Counted from the stretch's first letter, positions 7,979 to 16,760 are shown. The stretch: 63,568 bases of DNA from FCB group bacterium (GCA_013152835.1 JAADFQ010000088.1:1-63568); one strand, 5' to 3'. Translations and numbers: made by a program. Notes: generated from the letters alone by a model not told the origin.

Positions 7979-9346
7979 GTGTGTGGTAACAGGAAAATGA
8001 ACATGGAAAAGCGAACATACCGTATTCTTGCAATAGATGATGACCCCAATATTTTGCGACTCCTGGGACATATTTTTCAAGGGGAGCATTATCGTTTTGA
8101 TCAGGCAAGTGATGGTAAATCGGGTCTGGAAAAGATTAGATCAAAAAAACCGGATCTGATTATTTCGGATGTGATGTTACCGGATATCGATGGATTCGAA
8201 ATATGCAGGAAGGTTCGGGAAGACAAATCCTTTTCCACCGTAAAGTTCATCCTGATTTCCGCGAATGGTGAAAAGGAAAAAGTTGTTCATGGCATGGAAA
8301 TCGGGGCCGATGATTATTTAACCAAACCGATTGAATTTGAACAGACCCGTGCTAAAGCAGATGCACTTTTACGGATGAAAACACTTCAGGATGATCTGCT
8401 TCGCTCCAACGAAGATTTACGGACGGCAAACGAAAAATTACTGCATACCAAGACCAAGCTTGAATCGATCAATCGGACAGCGGAAAATGAAAAACAGCGT
8501 CTGAATAATACGCTGAAAGAAATCTCTTTTTTAATGGATGAACTGGAGCAATCCCATAAGCAACAGGTAGAGCTCAATCAGAGATTGGAAAAAAATTCCA
8601 ATGATTTAGTGAATTTGCTGGCAACAATTGTTGAAATCCGGAATCCTGATAATAAAAATCACGCCAAGGAAGTAGAGAAGATGGTGTTATTCATCGTTAC
8701 TCAGATGGATTTGGACGTTACTTCCGTCAAGGATCTGCGGATTGCTGCGTTGCTACATGAAATTGGGAAAGTGGGGGTGCCCGATGATATTATCCGTAAA
8801 TCTCCGGAAGAATGGACAGCAAAGGAACGGCGGATTATTTCTCAACATCCCCTGATTGGCGAATCCTTGCTCAAAGGATATTCAGGATTGGAAGAAGCGG
8901 CAAAACTAATCCGGCATTTATTCGAAAACATGGACGGAAGTGGTGAGCCGGATCATTTGGAAGGATCCAATATACCCATTGGATCGCGGATATTACGCGT
9001 GTGCTCCGATTTTGATGACCAGACGTACCTGGCACGGGATTCGGTCGAACTGTGGCGTGTCTATAATCAAATGTTGAAGTCTTCAGAAGTTTTATATGAC
9101 AGCCACGTGCTTCAGGGATTAAAAGAATATGTAAAAACAATTGCCGAACGCCGGACGGCCCGGTTGACGAAAAAGATTATCCTGACAGAACTGGAGGAAG
9201 GAATGGTTTTAGCCAACGATCTGTACACCAATACAGGATTGAAACTAATGCCTGAAGGGACTGTATTGACTGAATCCACGATCAGGACCATATTGAATTA
9301 CAACAAAACCGACTCTCTTAAAGAAGGTATTACGATTCAGGTATAA
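7979..9346 (+). CDS. response regulator: REC + coiled coil + degenerate HD-GYP domain; likely start ATG 8003
   Basis: REC segment: ILAIDDD...DLIISDVMLPDIDGFEI...DDYLTKP. HD-GYP-like segment: AALLHEIGKVGVPDDI...QHPLIGE...HLFENMDGSGEPD...RILRVCSDFDD. Confidence 0.8.
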   Translation: MCGNRKMNMEKRTYRILAIDDDPNILRLLGHIFQGEHYRFDQASDGKSGLEKIRSKKPDLIISDVMLPDIDGFEICRKVREDKSFSTVKFILISANGEKEKVVHGMEIGADDYLTKPIEFEQTRAKADALLRMKTLQDDLLRSNEDLRTANEKLLHTKTKLESINRTAENEKQRLNNTLKEISFLMDELEQSHKQQVELNQRLEKNSNDLVNLLATIVEIRNPDNKNHAKEVEKMVLFIVTQMDLDVTSVKDLRIAALLHEIGKVGVPDDIIRKSPEEWTAKERRIISQHPLIGESLLKGYSGLEEAAKLIRHLFENMDGSGEPDHLEGSNIPIGSRILRVCSDFDDQTYLARDSVELWRVYNQMLKSSEVLYDSHVLQGLKEYVKTIAERRTARLTKKIILTELEEGMVLANDLYTNTGLKLMPEGTVLTESTIRTILNYNKTDSLKEGITIQV

Positions 9347-9348
9347 GT

Positions 9349-10149
9349 ATGGATATTGCAACAATACTCGGCGTTCTTTCTGGTGTTGGACTGGTGGTTT
9401 GGTCTATCACCCAAAATAGCGGACTGGATATTTTTATTAATATTCCCTCGGCGGCAATTGTGGCGGGAGGTACTTTTGCGGCCACATTTGTGGCTTACCC
9501 CATGACCGATGTCCTTCGGGTTTTCGGAATGGTCCAGCGTGTATTTCTATTTAAAGCTGCCAACCCGAAAAAAATAATAGAAATGATGGTGAAACTGGCT
9601 GAGACGGCGAAACGAGAAGGTATATTGGCCATTGAGAAGGAAATTGTCAATATTAAAGATGACTTTATTAAAAAAGGTTTGATGCAGATTGTGGATGGGG
9701 TGGATGAACGAACGATTGATAATCTGCTTCAAATCGAAATTGTTAATACGGTCCAGCGGCATAAAGTTGGGTGGGAAATTTTCGGTGAAATGGCTAATTA
9801 TGCTCCTGCTTTTGGTATGGTGGGAACCCTCATTGGACTGGTCCAAATGTTAGCGAATCTGAATGACCCTTCAACGATTGGGCCCAAAATGGCCGTTGCC
9901 TTGATTACAACGTTTTATGGTTCCCTTTTATCCAATTTATTTTTCGCTCCCATGTCAGTAAAACTTAAGCGTCGCAGCCACCAGGAATCGATTATGATGA
10001 ACTTAGTCATCGAAGCATTACGATCGATTCGCCAGGGCGAGAACCCTAAATTGATGGAAAGTAAGTTAAAGAAATTCCTATCCAAGGAAGATGAAAAAAA
10101 GCTGGATAAAAGTTCGAACAAGAAAATTCCACCAAAAAAGAAAAAGTAA
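9349..10149 (+). CDS. motA: flagellar stator protein MotA/PomA (set 1)
   Basis: Four-TM MotA/TolQ/ExbB pattern: MDIATILGVLSG..., APAFGMVGTLIGLVQML, ALITTFYGSLLSNLFFAPM. Confidence 0.9.
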   Translation: MDIATILGVLSGVGLVVWSITQNSGLDIFINIPSAAIVAGGTFAATFVAYPMTDVLRVFGMVQRVFLFKAANPKKIIEMMVKLAETAKREGILAIEKEIVNIKDDFIKKGLMQIVDGVDERTIDNLLQIEIVNTVQRHKVGWEIFGEMANYAPAFGMVGTLIGLVQMLANLNDPSTIGPKMAVALITTFYGSLLSNLFFAPMSVKLKRRSHQESIMMNLVIEALRSIRQGENPKLMESKLKKFLSKEDEKKLDKSSNKKIPPKKKK

Positions 10150-10958
10150 TGGCACAATTTGATTTTGATGATGATGATGGTGGTAGTGGCGCCGGTTGGC
10201 TGGCCACCTACGGTGATATGATGACGCTCCTATTATGTTTCTTTGTTCTCATGTTCGCTATGAGTGAAACAAAAATGGATGATTTTGCGGAGTTAATTGC
10301 TTCCTTGAAAAGTGGAATTGGAAAACAAAATGTTCCGGAAGCAGGAACCCGGGAAGGTCTTTCCATGATGAGTAAGGAAGCGGAGGTTCAGCCGGAGGCC
10401 GTTGATGAACTGGGTGGGATGGTGAAGGCGCAGATGGATTCTATAGAATCCAATGTGGAAGAATTCGTGATGAAAAACAAATTGGGCGGCCAGGTGAAAG
10501 TGAAGCAGGATGGAAGAGGCGCAGTAATTACAATATCGGACGTTATTCTATTTCCTCCCGGCGATGCGGATTTTGTAAGTGCAGGGGAGGATATCATGGC
10601 GAAAATTTCTGAGTTATTAAAGCAATTTCCCTATCACATTAAAATAGAGGGACATACGGATAATGTCCCGATTCATACAGATGAATATCCTTCGAACTGG
10701 GAATTATCGGCGAATCGGGCATCAAAAATTGTACGTTATTTAATTGAACATGGAATCGACCCTACTCAATTGTCCTGTGAAGGGTTTGCGGAATATCGTC
10801 CGGTTGCCTCCAATGATACACCGGAAGGTCGTGCAAAAAACCGCCGGGTGGAGATTGTATATCAACGTGGCGAAATCGAGAAACAGGTAATGTCCATGTT
10901 GGAGGCTAAAAACCAGGAATCTAAGGTCGCTCCTCCATCTCCGCCGACACCTGATTAA
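10149..10958 (+). CDS. motB: flagellar stator protein MotB/PomB (set 1), OmpA-like C-terminus
   Basis: WLATYGDMMTLLLCFFVLMFA contains the channel Asp. The OmpA-like segment is GHTDNVP...NWELSANRASKIVRYL...NRRVEIV. Confidence 0.9.
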   Translation: MAQFDFDDDDGGSGAGWLATYGDMMTLLLCFFVLMFAMSETKMDDFAELIASLKSGIGKQNVPEAGTREGLSMMSKEAEVQPEAVDELGGMVKAQMDSIESNVEEFVMKNKLGGQVKVKQDGRGAVITISDVILFPPGDADFVSAGEDIMAKISELLKQFPYHIKIEGHTDNVPIHTDEYPSNWELSANRASKIVRYLIEHGIDPTQLSCEGFAEYRPVASNDTPEGRAKNRRVEIVYQRGEIEKQVMSMLEAKNQESKVAPPSPPTPD

Positions 10959-11626
10959 TCAAATTCCGATTTATCCAAATCGATTATTGTCGGCCCTCCG
11001 GGCGTATAATCCGTTGAGGTCGATTTAATAATATTCCCCATTTTATAGGTAACATCCCGAATCCGTTCAGCGGCGGTTATAATTTTATCGATGGCTTTTC
11101 GGGTCCAATCGTCCATGTGAGGATTTTTCGCTAATATCAGTTCTGCATTCATGAATATAGATTGAAGGGGATTATTAATCTCATGATTGGCCGTAATGGC
11201 TGTTTCCCGAATTGATTTTATTTTTTGAAGTTCCGTTAATTCACGCTGGAGCTGAACGATCCTCAATCCGGTTTGAACACGAGCTGATAATTCTTGTGGT
11301 TTAGGCGGTTTGGATATGTAATCATCCGCCCCGCTTTTCAGGCTGTTGACCAGGTCTTCTGTCTGATCACGCGAGGTTAACATTATAAAATACGTCGCTT
11401 TTAAATAGTCATTGGTTTTGATTTTCTGACAGAGTTCTTCCCCCGTGAGTCCGGGCATCATCCAATCCGAAATAATTAAACTGGGTTGATAGGTAATGGC
11501 CTTTTTATAGGCTTCATTCCCATCCTCGGCAATTAATATTTCAGCATCAATCTCCGATAGAAATCTCTTCAACAGGGGGATAAACCCCTTATCATCTTCT
11601 GCGATCAATATTCGTGTTTTGTTCAT
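10955..11626 (-). CDS. response regulator REC fused to a histidine-kinase DHp (HisKA-like) module with no ATPase domain
   Basis: REC segment: RILIAEDD...LIISDWMMPGLTGEEL...DDYISKP. After a coiled coil comes ITANHEINNPLQSIFMNAELI, and the protein ends about 70 aa later. This is the only minus-strand gene in the cluster. Confidence 0.8.
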   Translation of the reverse strand: MNKTRILIAEDDKGFIPLLKRFLSEIDAEILIAEDGNEAYKKAITYQPSLIISDWMMPGLTGEELCQKIKTNDYLKATYFIMLTSRDQTEDLVNSLKSGADDYISKPPKPQELSARVQTGLRIVQLQRELTELQKIKSIRETAITANHEINNPLQSIFMNAELILAKNPHMDDWTRKAIDKIITAAERIRDVTYKMGNIIKSTSTDYTPGGPTIIDLDKSEFD

Positions 11627-11707
11627 TTATTGTAATTCCGCTTTTTCAGTATGATTGAAAATTACGTTTCTTTTTGAAATTGAAATAGATTTCTATGGAA
11701 AATATAT

Positions 11708-11726
11708 AGCGGAAAAATTTTCCGCT
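11708..11726. promoter_or_regulatory. perfect 19-nt palindrome AGCGGAAAA-A-TTTTCCGCT (candidate enhancer/UAS)
   Basis: Read directly from the sequence. It lies about 105 nt upstream of the sigma54 promoter at 11825. The core GGAAAA-N-TTTTCC recurs upstream of other sigma54-type promoters. Confidence 0.5.
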
Positions 11727-11824
11727 GAATAGGTGAATGGCGTTATTTTCCAAGTGCAATGCGTCATGAAAATAAATGTCCTCTGCAAAGGAATAGGTCC
11801 AGTTGACGAATTCACCCTATAAAA

Positions 11825-11840
11825 TGGCATAACATTTGCA
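11825..11840 (+). promoter_or_regulatory. sigma54 promoter TGGCAT-N5-TTGCA
   Basis: GG and GC have canonical spacing. It lies 48 nt upstream of the first candidate start of the HDOD operon. Confidence 0.7.
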
Positions 11841-11887
11841 AGATTCAGTTTACCAGCGGTTTCTGGAAGGAATCCTGCATACTGCTG

Positions 11888-12838
11888 TTGGACAGCTTAC
11901 CAGAAAGGAATGTCTACGTGAGTTTCGATTTCGAAATTGAAAAGCCGGTCGATCATCCTATGCGTGAAAAATATCTCAGACGGATTGAAACCATGTCCGG
12001 ATTACCGACCCTTCCCGTCATTGCTTCTCAATTACAGGATGTATTACGTGATAATACCATGTCGATAGGACAGATGATACCCATTATTTCCAAAGATCCG
12101 TCTCTGGCGATGAAAATATTAAAAACGGCAAATTCAGCTTATTATGGTTTAACAATCAAAGTTGAGTCACTACGTCAGGCAATTGTGACCATTGGCATGC
12201 AGGAATTGACGGTTCTGGCCCTGGTGTTTTCGGTAGCCAAAACAATTGACCGTAATCGCTTTGCCCCAATTAGCTGGAAGCGGTTTTGGGAACACAGCGC
12301 GGCGACGGCCCATATCGCCGATCAATTGAATAAAAAATTCCGTTTGGGTTTCCCAAACAGTTCCTTCTCGATTGGTTTACTTCACGATATTGGGAAATTA
12401 ATTCTGTATTTATTGGACGGTAGTTTATATGAAGAAGCGATTAAACTGGCTCAAAATACGAATTATACTTCCCTGGATGCCGAGAATGAATTATTTGGGA
12501 TAAGTCATATTGAAGCCGGGGAAACGGTTATGGAGAAATGGAATTTGCCGGATACCCTGAAATATGGCGCCGCGTATCACCATCATCCGTCCTCAGCGCC
12601 GCAGGAGGCTTATCAAAGATTATCCGCACTGATCGGCGTTGCGGATCTGTTAAGTAACCTGAAAGGCTTAAATTTTGGGACGGCCCCGCTTTACGCGATA
12701 CCGGATGATGTACCCGCTTGGAATCTGTTGCAAACGAACTACCCCGAAATCGCCGGCGTGGATTTAGCCACGGTTCTGGCCGATCTGGATGACCAAATGG
12801 ACGAGATTAAAAAAACCATCAGTTTAATCGAAACTTGA
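11888..12838 (+). CDS. HDOD-domain protein 1 (start TTG 11888 or GTG 11918)
   Basis: LPTLPVIASQLQDVLRDNTMSIGQMIPIISKDPSLAMKILKTANSAYYG...GLLHDIGKLIL...HIEAGE...YHHHP is typical of HDOD. Confidence 0.85.
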   Translation: MDSLPERNVYVSFDFEIEKPVDHPMREKYLRRIETMSGLPTLPVIASQLQDVLRDNTMSIGQMIPIISKDPSLAMKILKTANSAYYGLTIKVESLRQAIVTIGMQELTVLALVFSVAKTIDRNRFAPISWKRFWEHSAATAHIADQLNKKFRLGFPNSSFSIGLLHDIGKLILYLLDGSLYEEAIKLAQNTNYTSLDAENELFGISHIEAGETVMEKWNLPDTLKYGAAYHHHPSSAPQEAYQRLSALIGVADLLSNLKGLNFGTAPLYAIPDDVPAWNLLQTNYPEIAGVDLATVLADLDDQMDEIKKTISLIET

Positions 12839-12862
12839 TTTGAACCAGGAAATCAGGCTTGT

Positions 12863-13762
12863 ATGAGTGTAAAGACTCCTGAAGAGTATCGCGAACGCAT
12901 CGTTTCCCTGGACGGACTTCCCTCATTGCCGTCGGTAGCAGCCGAGATTCTTGCGTTGAGACGGGAAGATAAACTATCGATTAGTCAGATGTTGCCGACA
13001 ATCGAAAAAGATCCTCCACTGGCTTTGAAAATACTCAAAATGGCCAATTCGGCCTATTATGCCAGACGCTATAAAATTGATAATTTGAAACAGGCAATAA
13101 TAACGATTGGCCTCAATGATTTGACCTATCTGGTACTGAGTTTTTCGATCATTAAATCCTTTATTATTGAAGGGGATGAGACCTATTGGATTAATTGGTC
13201 GGACTTCTGGAGACATTCCGTAGCCACTGCTCATATTTCCCAATCATTAGTCAAAACCTGGAATTTGCAGCTGATTACAAATCCCTATGCCATGGGATTA
13301 TTGCATGATGTTGGGAAATTAGTCATGTTTAAACTGGATCCGGCGCTATTTATGGATACGATCAAGCATATTGAAGAAAATAATGTTTCTTCTGTGGAAG
13401 CCGAATCTGTTATTTTTGGTATAACACACGAACAGGCAGGACAATGGCTGTCGGAGAAATGGATGATGCCGGATTCGATTCAAGCTTCCGTCGCCTATCA
13501 TCATGATGCAGCAAAATGTTCCGATTCTGATATGCGTAATCTGGTAGCCTTGATTCAGGTTTCCGAGATTCTGTGTAATACTTACCAACCGAATATTGTG
13601 GATCTGTCAACAAATGATTCGCTGGAATCATTGGGCGGCTGGGATATTCTGAAATCGCACCTTGATAATGAACGTCCTTCCTCAAAGACCGAAATATGGA
13701 ATCTTGTAAGTGATGAAGTTGCGAATATTGATTCGGTACTTTCCGTCCTGCATGGGAATTGA
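12863..13762 (+). CDS. HDOD-domain protein 2 (tandem paralogue)
   Basis: LPSLPSVAAEILALRREDKLSISQMLPTIEKDPPLALKILKMANSAYYA...GLLHDVGKLVM...HEQAGQ...YHHD. Confidence 0.85.
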   Translation: MSVKTPEEYRERIVSLDGLPSLPSVAAEILALRREDKLSISQMLPTIEKDPPLALKILKMANSAYYARRYKIDNLKQAIITIGLNDLTYLVLSFSIIKSFIIEGDETYWINWSDFWRHSVATAHISQSLVKTWNLQLITNPYAMGLLHDVGKLVMFKLDPALFMDTIKHIEENNVSSVEAESVIFGITHEQAGQWLSEKWMMPDSIQASVAYHHDAAKCSDSDMRNLVALIQVSEILCNTYQPNIVDLSTNDSLESLGGWDILKSHLDNERPSSKTEIWNLVSDEVANIDSVLSVLHGN

Positions 13763-14032
13763 ATGATGAATCAGGAAATAGATTTCACTCCATTAACCGA
13801 AGAAAAACGAACCAGTCGTAAAATTCCTTCTTCCCGGGGAAAAGTTCTTAAAAAAGAGCATATTCAACTATTGGATCCATTGAAAATAAAACCTCACACT
13901 GTGCATGTGGATCAACTTGGTTCGGAGATGATTGAACCGATCATTGAGGATGGAATTGTAGTCGGTCTTTACTTCACTTGTGTTTGTGGCCGAACCAGTG
14001 AAATCCGTTTTGAATTGGATCATTCACAATAA
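13763..14032 (+). CDS. hypothetical 89-aa protein, abutting the upstream stop (TGAATG)
   Basis: Codon usage looks like that of neighbouring genes and the junctions are tight on both sides. C-terminal VVGLYFTCVCGRTSEIRFELD. I recognise no family. Confidence 0.5.
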   Translation: MMNQEIDFTPLTEEKRTSRKIPSSRGKVLKKEHIQLLDPLKIKPHTVHVDQLGSEMIEPIIEDGIVVGLYFTCVCGRTSEIRFELDHSQ

Positions 14033-14037
14033 TCGGA

Positions 14038-15399
14038 GTGATGGAAAAAACAGCTATTCAGGTCAAACTGAGTGAAGATGGCCGGGTTGGCCTACTGACC
14101 ATAAATGCCCCGCCTGAAAGCTATCCTACATTAGCTGAGATTCATTCATATATTGAGGCGAAAAACTGGTCGTTAAAAATTAACCAACTTCTTCTGGAAA
14201 AATTGGTTCACGATCATCAGTCAACCCGCGACCAGATTATTACTCAAATCGATTTCCATGATGAATCTTTCATTTGGTATGTCGATTTGCCTACTCAGTT
14301 AACGCGAGTAAAGAATGAAGAAGGACGTGTGGATTTTAAGAAAATCCTGGAATTCCAGGAAGTCAGGGAAGGCCAAAAACTATGTTCCGTATTGCCCCCG
14401 GACGTCGGGGATAATGACACCCTGAAAAACGGGCGGACAGTTTTGCATTATCTATCCGGCCATCACACTGAAATTTCCGATGATGGCTTAACACTTTATG
14501 CCAGTAAAAACGGATATGTATTTCTCCGTGATAATAAGATTATTGTTGATAATGTTTATTCTATCGAGGGCGATGTGGATTTCAAAACCGGGAATGTAAA
14601 ATTCGAGGGCGTAATTCTGATCGAAGGAGATGTGCGCTCGGGATTTCGTGTGGATGCTTCGGAAAGCGTGATTATCAACGGTATGGTCGAAGCTGCGTCT
14701 ATTTATTCCCGAAATGGGGATATATCCATAAAACACGGGGTCATGGGACAAAATCGTGCCAAAATTTTAGCCGGCGGCGGTGTAAAATGCAGTTTTGTGC
14801 AGAATGCCAGCGTCAGCGCCCGGAAAGATATTTCAATCACAAAATACGCTCTTGATTCCAATATACAATCCAGTGGGAAAATATTTATTAATACTGAGAG
14901 TGGACTCATCCGCGGCGGGAAAGTTCTGGCTCAGGACGGAATCTACGTTAATACCGTAGGGAACGAACGTGGGGCAGAAACCGAGATTAGTGTAACCGGT
15001 TTCGAAAATATATCGATTGATTCTCGTCGGAAGTCAGTGAAAGATGAATTGGTAAACCTTCGCGGCCGGCTATCTTCCCTGGAAAAACAGGTCGAATTTT
15101 TCAATTTACTCAAAGAACGCCTTAACGGACTGACCCCAAAAAAAGAAAAGGAAAGAGCTCAATCAGTCCAGGAAATTGAAATGATCAAATCCAAATTGGC
15201 GGCCCTGGAATCCACATTGTCAACTTTGGATGAAAAGGATACTTCTGCGCATCGGTCGAAGTGCATCAGTGTCTTTAATACAGTTTATCCAGGAGTTACA
15301 ATTTCCCTGGGACCTTTGCAGGAATATATTGGATCGCCTGAGAAAAGAGTGCGGTATTACAGAAATGGTAATCAAATTGGCCGGGAAAGAATCGAGTAA
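14038..15399 (+). CDS. FapA / DUF342 family protein (flagellar assembly protein A-like)
   Basis: Beta-helix-like repeats G-x-V-x-F-x-G-x-I-x-I-x-G-D-V (GNVKFEGVILIEGDVRSGFRVDASESVIINGMVEAASI...). A C-terminal coiled coil is followed by VFNTVYPGVTISLG. Confidence 0.75.
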   Translation: MMEKTAIQVKLSEDGRVGLLTINAPPESYPTLAEIHSYIEAKNWSLKINQLLLEKLVHDHQSTRDQIITQIDFHDESFIWYVDLPTQLTRVKNEEGRVDFKKILEFQEVREGQKLCSVLPPDVGDNDTLKNGRTVLHYLSGHHTEISDDGLTLYASKNGYVFLRDNKIIVDNVYSIEGDVDFKTGNVKFEGVILIEGDVRSGFRVDASESVIINGMVEAASIYSRNGDISIKHGVMGQNRAKILAGGGVKCSFVQNASVSARKDISITKYALDSNIQSSGKIFINTESGLIRGGKVLAQDGIYVNTVGNERGAETEISVTGFENISIDSRRKSVKDELVNLRGRLSSLEKQVEFFNLLKERLNGLTPKKEKERAQSVQEIEMIKSKLAALESTLSTLDEKDTSAHRSKCISVFNTVYPGVTISLGPLQEYIGSPEKRVRYYRNGNQIGRERIE

Positions 15400-15404
15400 T
15401 ATTT

Positions 15405-16760
15405 ATGAAACAAGTTCCTATCAGTATTTGTATTGTCGATGACGAACAGCCTATTGTCGAATTGCTAAATACATATTTTATTGGTAAAGGCTATACCGTA
15501 CATGGATTTACGGTTTCCATCGAAGCGCGGGAATTCCTGAAAAAAAATCCGGTTGATATTGTGTTTACCGATCTCAAAATGCCGGAGATCACAGGACTGG
15601 ATATTGTTGATACAGTGAAGGAATACCAGAAGGATACGATGGTGATCATTTTTACCGGATACGCGTCAATCGATTCAGCGATTCATGCACTGCAGCAAGG
15701 TGTCTACGATTATCTCCGGAAACCATTTAAACTTACCGAAATACAGGCCGTATTGAATCGTGCCGTGGAAAAGCAATTATTACGTCGGGATAATATTCGG
15801 CTACAAAAGCAAATTGAAAAAATGCTTGCTGATCTGACGATGCTATATGATATCTCATCGATCATGTATCAGGTTCCCGATCTGAATTTGGTAGGTGATA
15901 TGATCATGGATACCTTATCCGAGGGAATGGGGGTGCATCATGGGGGAATTTTCATCGAAACCAAATCCGCCGGTTCCTATGAACTATTGAAATCCCGTGG
16001 ATTGCCAGTATTTTTCAAGGATAATCCCCTTAACCTTTCCACAAAGATCAATGATGACTACTTAATACCGGATAAGACCAGTGTATTTTCCGTTGAGGCG
16101 AGCCAAATCAACATTGACGGAACAATGATTCCGGTAAATCGAAAAGCGCAATCATTAGTGATGATACCGATCCAATTCATGAATCGCCCCCTGGGATATT
16201 TATGCGTTCTGGATCCACGCACCGGACTACACGCGGAAAGTGAGGATCTGAAACTCTACAAGATTATTGCTACCCAAATTTCGCCACTATTGTTTTCCCG
16301 TTCCGGTTTGGACGTTGGCTCCGATAGTCATGTGGATACTACTGTCTGGCGCGATGTTGATCTGATTCAGTCAAATTTGATCTCCCACCCCGAATCATCG
16401 AAAATTTCTTTTATTCTGTTACAATTATTCCAGATTGATGGATTAAAAGCAATTCCCGACAAAGATATGGATTATTGCCAAGAGCTTTTACATAATGAAT
16501 TTGCCTCACTTACGCCACGCGTCAGTCGAATTCTCAATAATTTAATTTGTGTTTTACCGTCGGCAAATCCTATAGAAACAGAGCTGAAGCTGATGGAAAT
16601 CAAATCGAAATTCGATCAAAAATACAATGGAACCGCTTTGCAACTTCGTTGTGGGTTGGCGAATTATCCAACCGATGGACAGCATCCAAAGGAACTTCTG
16701 AATCACCTTGTATTCAGCACCTATAATGAATTCCCTGAACAGCCGGAAAAGGATGAATAA
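15405..16760 (+). CDS. response regulator: REC + GAF-like + degenerate GGDEF-like domain
   Basis: REC segment: ICIVDDE...DIVFTDLKMPEITGLDI...YDYLRKPF. The C-terminus ISFILLQLFQIDGLK...VSRILNNLICVLP...ALQLRCGLANYPTDG follows the GGDEF fold pattern, but RxGGDEF is replaced by RILNNLI. Confidence 0.6.
   Translation: MKQVPISICIVDDEQPIVELLNTYFIGKGYTVHGFTVSIEAREFLKKNPVDIVFTDLKMPEITGLDIVDTVKEYQKDTMVIIFTGYASIDSAIHALQQGVYDYLRKPFKLTEIQAVLNRAVEKQLLRRDNIRLQKQIEKMLADLTMLYDISSIMYQVPDLNLVGDMIMDTLSEGMGVHHGGIFIETKSAGSYELLKSRGLPVFFKDNPLNLSTKINDDYLIPDKTSVFSVEASQINIDGTMIPVNRKAQSLVMIPIQFMNRPLGYLCVLDPRTGLHAESEDLKLYKIIATQISPLLFSRSGLDVGSDSHVDTTVWRDVDLIQSNLISHPESSKISFILLQLFQIDGLKAIPDKDMDYCQELLHNEFASLTPRVSRILNNLICVLPSANPIETELKLMEIKSKFDQKYNGTALQLRCGLANYPTDGQHPKELLNHLVFSTYNEFPEQPEKDE

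Noticed and set aside
9349-10958. MotAB-like pair as a possible Zorya-type anti-phage system
   Set aside because: This MotA is a normal 266-aa four-TM stator without the long ZorA tail. No ZorC/D-like helicase or nuclease genes are adjacent. The context is entirely flagellar.
13763-14032. 89-aa ORF as a PilZ c-di-GMP receptor
   Set aside because: RTSRK and EDGIVVG only loosely resemble the RxxxR and D-x-S-x-x-G motifs. The spacing and the Ser are wrong. It is left as hypothetical.
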